Source: Deltaproteobacteria bacterium
GTDB taxonomy: Bacteria > CALINM01
Reading direction: 5' to 3'
Length of the DNA stretch: 64,000 nt
NCBI GenBank assembly: GCA_037442505.1
Contig: JBBIPZ010000011.1
Coordinates: 1,500 to 65,499, forward strand
Made by a program: the position numbers and the translations under genes. Below, piece after piece: positions 19,280 to 28,924 of the stretch; within the stretch, counting starts at the first letter, position 1; the number at the start of each line of letters is the position of its first letter. The notes under the pieces were generated by a model that ran no database searches, was not told where the DNA came from, and saw nothing but the letters and a program-made list of their open reading frames with translations.

Positions 19280-20167
19280 TTAAAATTTTGCGGCTTTTTC
19301 TGCAACCTTCATTAAATACTGCCCATATGGGCTATTTTTTTGTTTGTTAGCCAGCTTAATTAGTTTTTCCCTATCTATAAATCCAGATAAATAAGCAATT
19401 TCTTCTATACAGGCAGCCTTGAGCCCCTGTCTTTTTTCAATAGTTGCAATAAATTCACCAGCTTCAAGAAGACTTTCTGGCGTCCCTGTATCAAGCCATG
19501 CATACCCTCTGCCCATAAGTTCCACTCTAAGCATTAGTTTTTGAAGATAAATTTTATTTACATCCGTAATCTCCAGTTCACCTCTTGCAGATGGCTTGAG
19601 AGAGTTTGCAATTGAAACCACATTATTATCGTAAAAATAAAGGCCTGTTACAGCGTAATTAGATTTTGGGTTTACTGGTTTTTCTTCAATAGAAAGAACG
19701 TTACCATTACTATCAAACTCGACAACTCCATATCTCTCAGGGTCATTAACATAGTAGCCAAACACAGTAGCACCGCCGAGTGTATTTACATCTTTACCAG
19801 CCTTTTTTAATAGCTCCGTAAGTCCATGACCAAAAAATATATTGTCACCAAGAATAAGACAAACTGTATCATTGCCGATAAAATCTGCGCCAAGAATAAA
19901 CGCCTCTGCGATTCCATTAGGTGCCTTTTGCTCACAATAGCTAACGTTTAAGCCCAGTTCGTTTCCATCATCAAACAAATGTTGAAACATTGGCAAATCT
20001 TTCGGTGTTGAAATAATAAGTATATCTCTTATTCCAGCTAACATTAGTACTGATAGCGGATAATAAATCATTGGTTTGTCATAAATGGGAAGCAACTGTT
20101 TGCTAACTGTTAAAGTAATTGGATACAACCTTGTGCCACTTCCACCTGCTAAAACGATACCTTTCAT
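19280..20167 (-). CDS. rfbA: Glucose-1-phosphate thymidylyltransferase
   Basis: [48 protein letters not shown]. Confidence 0.97.
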   Translation of the reverse strand: MKGIVLAGGSGTRLYPITLTVSKQLLPIYDKPMIYYPLSVLMLAGIRDILIISTPKDLPMFQHLFDDGNELGLNVSYCEQKAPNGIAEAFILGADFIGNDTVCLILGDNIFFGHGLTELLKKAGKDVNTLGGATVFGYYVNDPERYGVVEFDSNGNVLSIEEKPVNPKSNYAVTGLYFYDNNVVSIANSLKPSARGELEITDVNKIYLQKLMLRVELMGRGYAWLDTGTPESLLEAGEFIATIEKRQGLKAACIEEIAYLSGFIDREKLIKLANKQKNSPYGQYLMKVAEKAAKF

Positions 20168-20183
20168 AAATCCTCCTTATAAC

Positions 20184-20273
20184 TGGCGGAGGGGGTGGGA
20201 TTCGAACCCACGTGCCCTTTAGGGGCAACCCGATTTCGAGTCGGGCCCGTTACGACCACTTCGGTACCCCTCC
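20184..20273 (-). tRNA. tRNA-Ser (CGA)
   Basis: GGAGGGG/CCCCTCC acceptor stem, anticodon arm CCCGA-CTCGAAA-TCGGG, long variable arm, GTTCGAATC, encoded CCA; 90 nt. Confidence 0.97.
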
Positions 20274-20283
20274 AATCTATCTA

Positions 20284-20730
20284 TTATAATCTTCTTTCTT
20301 CAAAAAAACGTCTAAGCAACCAACTCGCTTCATCTGCCATTATGCCAGCATAAACTTTAATTTTATGATTCCAGAGGGACAAGTCCATATTGAATCTGGT
20401 CATGTACCCCCATTTTTCGCTATAAGCACCAAAATAAAGTTCATCAATTCTGCTGTTTATTACTGCCGAAATACACATTGGACAGGGTTCTAAGGTAACA
20501 TAAAGTTTAATTCCTTTCAATCTAAAATTGTTTAGTGTCTTCGCAGATTCTTTTAAAACAAGAATTTCTGCATGTGCAGTTGGATCATTGAGCTTAATAA
20601 CCTGATTGTGGTTACTAACTAACAAATTTCCATTTAAAAAGGCTGCTGCACCAACAGGAATTTCACCCTCTGTATACGCCTTCATTGCCTCATTAAACGC
20701 AATAGCCATGAAGTCTTTTTCAGTCAACAT
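20284..20730 (-). CDS. tadA: tRNA adenosine(34) deaminase
   Basis: GEIPVGA, DPTAHAE, YVTLEPCPMC. Confidence 0.9.
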   Translation of the reverse strand: MLTEKDFMAIAFNEAMKAYTEGEIPVGAAAFLNGNLLVSNHNQVIKLNDPTAHAEILVLKESAKTLNNFRLKGIKLYVTLEPCPMCISAVINSRIDELYFGAYSEKWGYMTRFNMDLSLWNHKIKVYAGIMADEASWLLRRFFEERRL

Positions 20731-21670
20731 CTTTATGTCTACTTCTTCTCAATTTTAATACCTTACACGTGTCTTCAGTTAAATCACATTCGTAAGGACA
20801 AGGTTCGATATGTATCATTATATCGATATCCTTAAATTGACTGTTAATTTCGGTTTCAATTTTGTCTGCCATGTTGTGAGCTTCTTCTATCGTTGCTGTT
20901 CTACAAACAAGCAAATGAAAATCGATATATTTCTTAGAGCCTGTATATCTACTTCTTAAGTCGTGATACCCAGCATAAGGCATTGGCATTTTATCAATTA
21001 TTTCGTCAATCTTTTTAGTTAACTCATCTGAGATACTGGCGTCAGTAAGGATATAAAGTGCTTCTTTGCCGATCTTCGTTGCCTGATAAATTATGTATAA
21101 CCCAACAACCACCGCAAACAAGCTATCTATAAAAAATAAGCTAAAAATATAAGAAACTAATATTGCCAAAAATGCCGCAAAGTTTGTGTACAGATCTGTA
21201 GCGTAATGGACTGCATCAACTTTCAGTGCGTTTGAGCCAGTTATTTCTCCTACATGTCTTAGCACTTTAGCTATCAAATAGCTTCCAGTCAGAGATACCA
21301 ACATTACACTAATATCCCAGATAGTATAATTAATATGAGTGTTGTTTGTATAGTTAACAAATGCCTTGTAGATAATAATTAAGCCCGTAGTTATTATTAT
21401 AAGCGTCTGAACTATAGCAGCCAAATCCTCTATTTTGCTATGACCATATAGATGGTTTTTATCTGCTGGTTGCGAAGCCTTCCTTATCGCAAGAAAATTT
21501 ATGAAAGACATGAATATATCGAGCATGCTATCCAGCCCAGAAGAGATAACAGCCATCGAGCCCGACTTGTAACCAACTAAAAATTTAGAAGTTGACAAGA
21601 TAGATGCTAACGTTATTGCAAATAAAGAAGCCTTTTTTTTAGATTCCATTTTAAAAAAAGAGGCAGACAT
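20720..21670 (-). CDS. Cation diffusion facilitator family transporter (FieF-like) with Cys-rich C-terminal tail
   Basis: SSGLDSMLD, HLYGHSKIE, DAVHYATD, YHDLRSR, IHIEPCPYECDLTEDTC. Confidence 0.92.
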   Translation of the reverse strand: MSASFFKMESKKKASLFAITLASILSTSKFLVGYKSGSMAVISSGLDSMLDIFMSFINFLAIRKASQPADKNHLYGHSKIEDLAAIVQTLIIITTGLIIIYKAFVNYTNNTHINYTIWDISVMLVSLTGSYLIAKVLRHVGEITGSNALKVDAVHYATDLYTNFAAFLAILVSYIFSLFFIDSLFAVVVGLYIIYQATKIGKEALYILTDASISDELTKKIDEIIDKMPMPYAGYHDLRSRYTGSKKYIDFHLLVCRTATIEEAHNMADKIETEINSQFKDIDIMIHIEPCPYECDLTEDTCKVLKLRRSRHKDVD

Positions 21671-21691
21671 CCTGTGCCTGCCATCAAGATA

Positions 21692-22990
21692 TTAGTCCTT
21701 TAGTTCACCTTGCATGTAAAGATCATAAGCGGTAAGGTCAAAATAGCCATGTCCACTTAAGTTAAAAAGTATATTTACTTCTTTTTTTTCTTCCCTTGCC
21801 TTAATTGCTTCGTCAATAGCAGCTTTAATTGCATGTGAAGTTTCTGGGGCTGGAATTATACCTTCTGTCTTTGCAAACGTTAAAGCAGCCTCAAACACCT
21901 TTGTCTGCTCATAATTAACGGCCTCTATCAATTTTTTATGAGCTAAATAGGATACAATTGGAGAATCGCCATGATAACGCAACCCTCCTGCATGAATTGA
22001 GGGTGGAACAAAGTCATGCCCAAGCGTGTACATCTTCATCAAGGGTGTTAATCCTGCTTCATCACCAAAATCATACTCAAATTTACCCTTTGTAAGCGTG
22101 GGGCACGAAGCTGGTTCAACCGCGATAAAACGTGTATCTTTTTTGCTACCTTCCAATTTATCCTTTAAAAACGGAAAAACAAGCCCACCAAAGTTGCTTC
22201 CACCTCCAACGCAAGCTATGACAATATCTGGATACAAACCCATATCGGTAAGTTGTTTTTGTGCTTCCAACCCTATAACTGTCTGATGTAATAGAACATG
22301 ATTTAAAACGCTACCCAACGCATAGTGTGTATCGTCATGTGTAGCTGCATCCTCAACCGCTTCGCTTATAGCGATTCCTAAACTACCTGGACTGTTTGGG
22401 TCTTTTTCGAGAATGTGCCTTCCAGAGTTTGTTAAATTGCTTGGACTTGGAATTACTTTTCCTCCCCATGTCTCCATCATTATTCTACGATAAGGTTTCT
22501 GATTATAGCTAACTTTTACCATATAAACTGTACACTCTATACCAAAAAGGTTGCATGCAAAGCTAAGTGACGACCCCCACTGTCCAGCACCTGTTTCAGT
22601 TGCAAGCCTTTTTACCCCAACAATTTTGTTGTAATAAGCTTGTGGAACAGCAGTATTAGGCTTATGACTTCCCGGTGGGGAAACGCTCTCATCTTTAAAA
22701 AATATTTTTGCGGGTGTATTTAAAAAAGCCTCTAATCTTTTAGCCCTTCTTAGCGGTGTTGGCCTCCAGAGACTATAAATCTCCTTAACTTCATCAGGAA
22801 TGTCAATCCATTTCTCAGTGGATACTTCCTGCTCAATCAAAGGCATTGGAAAGATAGCAGCCAGTTTATCCGGAGTAACAGGCTGTTTTGTTTGCGGGTC
22901 TAAATAAGGCTCTAAAGGTTCTGGTAAATCAGCTAAAATGTTGTACCACTTCGCAGGCATATCTTTTTCAGACAAATAAATATTTCTCAT
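21692..22990 (-). CDS. trpB: TrpB2 (stand-alone tryptophan synthase beta-like PLP enzyme)
   Basis: [60 protein letters not shown]; no trpA adjacent. Confidence 0.94.
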   Translation of the reverse strand: MRNIYLSEKDMPAKWYNILADLPEPLEPYLDPQTKQPVTPDKLAAIFPMPLIEQEVSTEKWIDIPDEVKEIYSLWRPTPLRRAKRLEAFLNTPAKIFFKDESVSPPGSHKPNTAVPQAYYNKIVGVKRLATETGAGQWGSSLSFACNLFGIECTVYMVKVSYNQKPYRRIMMETWGGKVIPSPSNLTNSGRHILEKDPNSPGSLGIAISEAVEDAATHDDTHYALGSVLNHVLLHQTVIGLEAQKQLTDMGLYPDIVIACVGGGSNFGGLVFPFLKDKLEGSKKDTRFIAVEPASCPTLTKGKFEYDFGDEAGLTPLMKMYTLGHDFVPPSIHAGGLRYHGDSPIVSYLAHKKLIEAVNYEQTKVFEAALTFAKTEGIIPAPETSHAIKAAIDEAIKAREEKKEVNILFNLSGHGYFDLTAYDLYMQGELKD

Positions 22991-23008
22991 TTACTCTCCC
23001 CTTTTTCG

Positions 23009-23797
23009 CTATTTTAAATGTTTTTTTATTTCATCAGTTCCTACTGCACCCATTATTACTTTTCCGTTTTGAAAAACTATTGTAGGCGTTGCCCCTATTC
23101 CCAATTTTTCAGCCAATTTCTTGTTTTCTTCTGCATAATTAACCTTGCCACACTCTATCTTTTCAACGGGTTTGCCATGATAACTATCCTCAAGCATCTT
23201 TACTGCACTATCCATATCTTTTTTTGATTTGCAAACTATCGATTGTGTTTTCCAGCCAGCGTCTTTATGCATCGGTAATGCAAACAAAATGATATATACT
23301 TTAAGCTGTGGCTCTTTTTTTAAAAGCTCTACCACCTGGTCGTGAAGCTTGGTGCAGAAAGGACATTCAGGATCGCTAAAGATGTATATTTTTTTCTTTC
23401 CCTGCTTGTTTCCCATTACAATAGCATTTTTAGTTGATATTTTTGAAACGTCTATACTGCTATTTTCATCAATAGTTTCTCTCGTAACATCTTTTTTGTT
23501 TTTGATATCTATTATTCGACCAAGAATAAGATTATTTTTTGAGAAATCAAGATAAACTACGCTCGTTTTACCATCCTTTTTTAACAGAACCTCATACAAT
23601 CCCCTAACATGAGAATGTCTTGCAGATTCCACTGCAACATTAGGATCAACAGCACTAAGGACAGCTTTTGCCTCTCCTTTCGTAATTTTGTGACAGGCAA
23701 CACAGTCACTACCACATCCTTGCATATCCTTGCCAAAAGCAAAGGAAATCGAAAATGAAAACATAAACATAACAATGGTGAAGAGAAGTTTCTTCAT
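23009..23797 (-). CDS. DsbC-family periplasmic thiol:disulfide isomerase with an extra N-terminal CxxxCxxCH motif
   Basis: Signal peptide; GCGSDCVACHK; dimerisation-domain-like VRGLYEV...VVYLD; active site FSDPECPFC; cis-Pro loop GATPT. Confidence 0.88.
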   Translation of the reverse strand: MKKLLFTIVMFMFSFSISFAFGKDMQGCGSDCVACHKITKGEAKAVLSAVDPNVAVESARHSHVRGLYEVLLKKDGKTSVVYLDFSKNNLILGRIIDIKNKKDVTRETIDENSSIDVSKISTKNAIVMGNKQGKKKIYIFSDPECPFCTKLHDQVVELLKKEPQLKVYIILFALPMHKDAGWKTQSIVCKSKKDMDSAVKMLEDSYHGKPVEKIECGKVNYAEENKKLAEKLGIGATPTIVFQNGKVIMGAVGTDEIKKHLK

Positions 23798-23866
23798 AAA
23801 ATAACACTCCTTTTTTAGTTTCTATATTTTATAATCTTTTGCATAAAACTTAAAGTAGAATTAACA

Positions 23867-25063
23867 TTAAAGCAATCTTTTTTCTCCCTTCAAATCTTTA
23901 AGTTCTGTTATGTCCCGAGTAACTTCTATGCAACCTAAGTATTTGTTTTCTTTGTCTCTTACTGCAAAGTATTGTATTAAGATTAACCTTCTATGTAAAT
24001 TTATCCAGAAGCTTTCAACGTCTTTTGTTTTCGACTTAAAGTCTTCAAGAATCTTGTTCACTATATGAACACTTTTTTCAGGATGACATTGCTGAACTTT
24101 TCTCCCAATAATTGCTTTAGTTCTAACGAATATCCTGTCTTTTGAGTCACTAAAATATCTAACAACATCATTACTATCTACAAAAGTTATATCAAACGGT
24201 AACGCATTTAAAAGCGATTGTAACTCATTTAAGTTAAAATGTCCTGTCTCTAATACCACATCTTTCTGTTCAGATACACTTAAATTTGAACCTTTTGATA
24301 AAATAAATTCACTCCATATTTCTGGTGTATAAAAATTTGTGAAACCTATCCCAACAAACTCTTTATAAATCATCAACCACTCGTCTTTTTCAATCAGACG
24401 CATCGCAACTGAAAATAAAATATTATTTTCTTTGTAAAAATGTCTTGACAACAGTTCTAACAACTCGTCAAGATTGTTTTTCAACGAAATGATGGCTTTA
24501 GATGACTTTTCATCATTTACCATTTCAAAATCAAGAAATATAAGTTTTTTAACCTCTCTAATCTTGTCGTGTTCCATCCACATTATTTTAGGAGGCTCTG
24601 TTACACCATGTTTTTCTAAATAAGGGAATAGAACATTCTCTTCTCTTAAATAGTGACATTCAGTACTTTTCAGGTAATTAATCATCGAAGATAAAGCTTC
24701 CATAGATAACGACTGTTCGTTTGTTAGCAGTTGTTTTAAATTATTCACCAATTCGAGCATTAATTTATGTTCTTTCATCAAAATATAGATAGGATGCCCA
24801 ATTGGCGCAAGGGTCACTTCACCTTCAATAGCCTCTTTAAAAAGCTGCATGTGAATTTCGCAAAGTTTTAGTACCTCTTCACGAGACATTCCTTCTTTTA
24901 TAAGTTCTTCTTCAAGCTCTGTAATCTCATTTGTTGTTACATGACTTAGAATTGAACGAAACTCTCTTTTTATATCTTCTAACGGTTGACCATCATGAAG
25001 TTTATATATTATCTCTTTTAATACATTTTTTTTAATTTCTTTCGTTAAATGATCTTGCTGCAT
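23867..25063 (-). CDS. DUF438 / hemerythrin-like / PAS_10 domain protein
   Basis: KLHDG...LCEIHM (DUF438), GHPIYILMKEH, HYLREENVLFPYLEKHG, MWMEHD, HFYKENNILF, LPFDITFVD...QCHPEKS. Confidence 0.9.
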   Translation of the reverse strand: MQQDHLTKEIKKNVLKEIIYKLHDGQPLEDIKREFRSILSHVTTNEITELEEELIKEGMSREEVLKLCEIHMQLFKEAIEGEVTLAPIGHPIYILMKEHKLMLELVNNLKQLLTNEQSLSMEALSSMINYLKSTECHYLREENVLFPYLEKHGVTEPPKIMWMEHDKIREVKKLIFLDFEMVNDEKSSKAIISLKNNLDELLELLSRHFYKENNILFSVAMRLIEKDEWLMIYKEFVGIGFTNFYTPEIWSEFILSKGSNLSVSEQKDVVLETGHFNLNELQSLLNALPFDITFVDSNDVVRYFSDSKDRIFVRTKAIIGRKVQQCHPEKSVHIVNKILEDFKSKTKDVESFWINLHRRLILIQYFAVRDKENKYLGCIEVTRDITELKDLKGEKRLL

Positions 25064-25068
25064 GTGTG

Positions 25069-27024
25069 CTACCTCCTTTGTGATGTTATTTTAAATTTTT
25101 TTCTTAGAATTATATATAATATCCCACAAATTGCAATAACACCAACAATAAGCCTGATAACAAAAATAATGAGATATCTTTTTAACCACTGGACTCTCTC
25201 AATGATATCATTTGTGGCATTAATTTCACTTAGCTTTATAAATTTTTTGTAATGATAGAAAGCATAAAGATACCTTCCTTTATGATCGTAAATTTGAGCT
25301 AAATTAAAATGCGCTGTCGGAAAATCGCTATTGAAAAACAATGTCTCTTTAAAAAAACTTTCTGCTTGCTCTATTTTCCCTTCAGAAAGCTTTATAACAC
25401 CCAAATTATTATAAGCTTCCTGTTTGCCATTTGGATTATCATTATTAACTACCTTTTTTAAAATAGCCTCTGCATCACTCTTTTTTCCTTCATTTAATAG
25501 AATATTCGAATACATCACGAAGCCTCTGTTTGAAGGATTTTCCCGCAGCACTTTTTCAAGTTCAATTTTAACCATTTCAACATTCTTCTCTTCCTGACCA
25601 TAACCAGATACATAAACAGGCTTTAAGCTTTCTAACTCGTCTTTATTTGCCACCTCTGGATATCTGTTACGATCTAAAAAAATCATCGCATTATCATCAA
25701 AATATACAAGTGCGTAATTTTTTTTAAGCTCAGTGATATACAATGCCAACTCTGGATGATCAAAATCAATAAAAAAAATGTCTGGAGTAAAGTTTTCGAT
25801 GATTTTCAAAAAAGCATCCCTATTTTTGTGAGAATTGGCATAAAGCTTGATGAAATCAATTGGATAACAAAGTCTGCCATCAATCACCGGTTTGCAATCA
25901 GGATATAGATACTTTATTATATACCCACCAAATGCATAAGAATTGAAAATTTTGCCTTGTATTTTTTTCTTTTTTAAATAATCAACAGCACCTTTTGGAT
26001 AAAAATAGCTTGCTTCACCATATCCATAAGGTATTATGGGATTATAAAGATAATCTTTTACACAAAAGATAAGTATTACTACGAAAACAGATACCTTAAA
26101 TAAACTAAGTTTCTCTTCTCCCGGCTTAACTAATCCCCTATATCCAGTGATAGTCACCCAGAATCCAACAAATGCAAAGTAGTCGATAAACCTAACAAAT
26201 CTTATAGAAAGCAATAAATAAAAGAGATAAAATGATACTAATAACCATTTTTTTTCAGCAATAAGAAGATAAGCAGATACTAAAATTAACATGCCATAAA
26301 AAGAAAAGTAAAGTCTCGAATCTGTTGGCTGCCATTCAGATACCTTAATATAGTCGAATATGTTTTTTGTATCGCCCCAAAATGGGTTTAAAACTTCCAT
26401 AAATGGCAGATAAAAATGTTGATTAACAAGGCTGCCTAAAACAAGCGCTATAAAAGTTTTTGGCAATCCAATCCTTAACTGTCTGTTATAAGGATAGAGT
26501 AAGAGTAGATTAACTATCCCAAGTATAAAGCTGTTATTGGTATTTACCCAAAATAACTGATTTAAAAACAATAAAAAACGGAAAAATTTTGGTCTTTTTA
26601 TAAGCAGAAAAACATTAATAGCAAAAAACAAATAACTTAAATTATGTGGACGAAATAACAATCTATAACGCAATGTGAAGATAGACAACAGCAAAACAGA
26701 CAACAACAAAAATATATTAGTTTTTCGGTATACACATTTAGCAAGCAAAATAAAGCTCAATGCAACCACGATACACTGAACAATCGTTAAAAACGGTAGA
26801 CCAAACACATCACTAAAAAAATTAGCAAACTCCGAAAAAATAAATGAATAGTTTTTATAAGGAAAATCGGGAAAACTGTAAGAAAAGAGATTGATTTTAA
26901 TAGGCGATAAGATACTTTCTATTTCTGCAACTTTCAAATAGTAAAACAGATCAAAACTTCTTACCTTGATAAAGGAAAAGACAAAAGAAAATATTGCTAT
27001 TAAAAATAAATGTAGCCTTTTCAC
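25069..27024 (-). CDS. Polytopic membrane protein (GT-C-like glycosyltransferase fold) with C-terminal TPRs
   Basis: Many TM segments with FDLFYYL, FRPHNLS, SEWQP; soluble IFNSYAFGGY...IDGR; TPRs AYNNLGVI, AHFNLAQIY. Function is inferred. Confidence 0.65.
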   Translation of the reverse strand: MKRLHLFLIAIFSFVFSFIKVRSFDLFYYLKVAEIESILSPIKINLFSYSFPDFPYKNYSFIFSEFANFFSDVFGLPFLTIVQCIVVALSFILLAKCVYRKTNIFLLLSVLLLSIFTLRYRLLFRPHNLSYLFFAINVFLLIKRPKFFRFLLFLNQLFWVNTNNSFILGIVNLLLLYPYNRQLRIGLPKTFIALVLGSLVNQHFYLPFMEVLNPFWGDTKNIFDYIKVSEWQPTDSRLYFSFYGMLILVSAYLLIAEKKWLLVSFYLFYLLLSIRFVRFIDYFAFVGFWVTITGYRGLVKPGEEKLSLFKVSVFVVILIFCVKDYLYNPIIPYGYGEASYFYPKGAVDYLKKKKIQGKIFNSYAFGGYIIKYLYPDCKPVIDGRLCYPIDFIKLYANSHKNRDAFLKIIENFTPDIFFIDFDHPELALYITELKKNYALVYFDDNAMIFLDRNRYPEVANKDELESLKPVYVSGYGQEEKNVEMVKIELEKVLRENPSNRGFVMYSNILLNEGKKSDAEAILKKVVNNDNPNGKQEAYNNLGVIKLSEGKIEQAESFFKETLFFNSDFPTAHFNLAQIYDHKGRYLYAFYHYKKFIKLSEINATNDIIERVQWLKRYLIIFVIRLIVGVIAICGILYIILRKKFKITSQRR

Positions 27025-27212
27025 GCTAAATTCTCAATTTTTTTTTAAGATTTTATCACAAAGCAAGTGATTTAGATAGTTTAACAATTACTTTTTCAAG
27101 TTGTTATGAAATAGGTGAAGTATATGAAGGCATAACTAAACAAAAATAACTTAACTTTTTTTTAATTTTAAGCGATAATACAATACATAAAATTTCAAAG
27201 ATAGGAGAAAGT

Positions 27213-27869
27213 ATGAAGTTTTTTATTGATACCGCTAATTTAGACGAAATAAAAAAAGGTATAGATATTGGAATGGTGGACGGTGTAACAACTAATCCTT
27301 CATTGATAGCAAAGGAAAAAAAGCCCTTTCTGGAACTTGTAAAGGATATTTTGAAACTTGTTCCTGGTCCTGTAAGCATTGAGGTTACTGCACCTGATGT
27401 AGATGGCATGATTAAAGAAGCTCAAAAATATGCAAAGTTAGGTGATAATGCAGTTATAAAAGTTCCAACAACTATTGATGGTTTAAAGGTTATAAAGAAT
27501 CTTACCGCACTCGGTATAAAAACTAATGCTACGCTTATTTTTTCTCCTACACAGGCTTTGTTAGTAGCAAAAGCTGGAGCCACCTATGCAAGTCCATTTA
27601 TTGGAAGGCTTGATGACATTTCACAAAGAGGGATGGATCTTATCGAGCAAGTTATGCAGATTTATACTAACTACGATTTCGATACAGAAGTTATTGTAGC
27701 AAGTGTTAGACATCCAATGCACGTTTTAGAAGCTGCGCTGCTCCGTGCTCATATTGCAACTATCCCATTTTCTACAATTATGCAGTTAGTAAAACATCCA
27801 CTAACAGATGTTGGTATAGAAAAGTTCAATAAAGACTGGGAAGCATATAACAAGAGCATTAAGAAATGA
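27213..27869 (+). CDS. tal: Transaldolase / fructose-6-phosphate aldolase (short type)
   Basis: [48 protein letters not shown]. Confidence 0.94.
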   Translation: MKFFIDTANLDEIKKGIDIGMVDGVTTNPSLIAKEKKPFLELVKDILKLVPGPVSIEVTAPDVDGMIKEAQKYAKLGDNAVIKVPTTIDGLKVIKNLTALGIKTNATLIFSPTQALLVAKAGATYASPFIGRLDDISQRGMDLIEQVMQIYTNYDFDTEVIVASVRHPMHVLEAALLRAHIATIPFSTIMQLVKHPLTDVGIEKFNKDWEAYNKSIKK

Positions 27870-27888
27870 GCCCTTTGAAAAAGGTCTC
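27868..27888. terminator. Short hairpin between convergent tal and mtnA
   Basis: GAGCCCTTT-GAA-AAAGGTCTC, one mismatch; fills the 18-nt gap between the stop codons. Confidence 0.4.
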
Positions 27889-28922
27889 TATACTGGTTTT
27901 AAGCGCTTAACTTCAGCCGGTTTAACAACTCCCTTCTCTGTGATTATACCAGTAATAAGTTCGGCTGGTGTCACATCAAAAGAAGGGTTATATACATTAA
28001 CGCCTTCTGGCACAAGCCTTTTACCCGCAAAATGAGTTATTTCAGTTGCAGGCCTTTCTTCGATAGGAATGTCAACACCAGACTGAATGTTAAAGTCAAA
28101 TGTGGATAATGGAGCTGCGATATAAAAAGGAATATTGTGATATTTTGCTAACACCGCAAGACTATATGTACCAATTTTATTTGCTGTATCACCATTTGCA
28201 GCAATTCTGTCTGCACCTACTACTATAAAATCAACTTTTCTCTGCGACATCAAATACCCCGCCATATTATCACAGATAACCGTTACTGGAATGCCATCCT
28301 TATTAAGTTCCCATGCAGTTAAGCGAGCACCCTGCAGGTACGGGCGAGTTTCATCAGCATAAACATTAATCTTTTTACCTTTCTTATGTGCGGCTCTTAT
28401 AACTGATAGCGCTGTTCCAAACTCAGAAGTAGCCAGGGCACCGGCATTGCAATGAGTTAAAATCGAATAACCATCTTTTATAAGTGCTTCTCCATTTTCA
28501 CCAATCTTCTTGCAGGTTAACACGTCTTCTTCGTATATTCGCTTTGCCTTTAAAACAAGCTCATCTTTAATCTCGTTTAAAGATAAACACGGACTCTCAT
28601 AAAATGTTCGTTTCATTCTGTTAATAGCCCAAAAAAGATTTACAGCTGTCGGTCTTGTTTTTGCAAACTCATCTAAAATCTCATCAAATTTAGTCTTAAA
28701 CTCCTCTTTATCAAGTGTCTCAATATTTTTTGCCCCTAATGCGATACCAAAAGCTGCAGCTATACCTATAGCTGGTGCACCTCGAATTATCATTTCTTTA
28801 ATAGCTGTTGCCACTTCTTTATAATCAGTGTAACTATAGTAAATTTCCTGTTCAGGTAATAGGCGCTGGTCAAGCATACTAACCTTTTCCCCATCAAAGC
28901 GAATTGTATAAAATGATGCCAT
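27888..28922 (-). CDS. mtnA: S-methyl-5-thioribose-1-phosphate isomerase
   Basis: LDQRLLP, IRGAPAIG, RPTAVNL, LTHCNAGALAT, ETRPYLQGARLT, NGDTANKIGTY, NPSFDVTP. Confidence 0.96.
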   Translation of the reverse strand: MASFYTIRFDGEKVSMLDQRLLPEQEIYYSYTDYKEVATAIKEMIIRGAPAIGIAAAFGIALGAKNIETLDKEEFKTKFDEILDEFAKTRPTAVNLFWAINRMKRTFYESPCLSLNEIKDELVLKAKRIYEEDVLTCKKIGENGEALIKDGYSILTHCNAGALATSEFGTALSVIRAAHKKGKKINVYADETRPYLQGARLTAWELNKDGIPVTVICDNMAGYLMSQRKVDFIVVGADRIAANGDTANKIGTYSLAVLAKYHNIPFYIAAPLSTFDFNIQSGVDIPIEERPATEITHFAGKRLVPEGVNVYNPSFDVTPAELITGIITEKGVVKPAEVKRLKPV

Positions 28923-28924
28923 TT

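Noticed and set aside
27055-27071. ATCAC-N7-GTGAT inverted repeat in the divergent TPR/tal promoter region
   Set aside because: Only 5-bp arms and a single copy; not distinguishable from chance.
27030-27170. Poly-T runs of 8-9 nt as phase-variation tracts
   Set aside because: Such homopolymers are common throughout this AT-rich window and these are intergenic.
27867-27902. tal TGA followed by a hairpin and a second in-frame TGA (would read U-A-L-U) in a selB-positive organism
   Set aside because: Transaldolase is already full length, the hairpin is better explained as a terminator between convergent genes, and the extension overlaps the end of mtnA.
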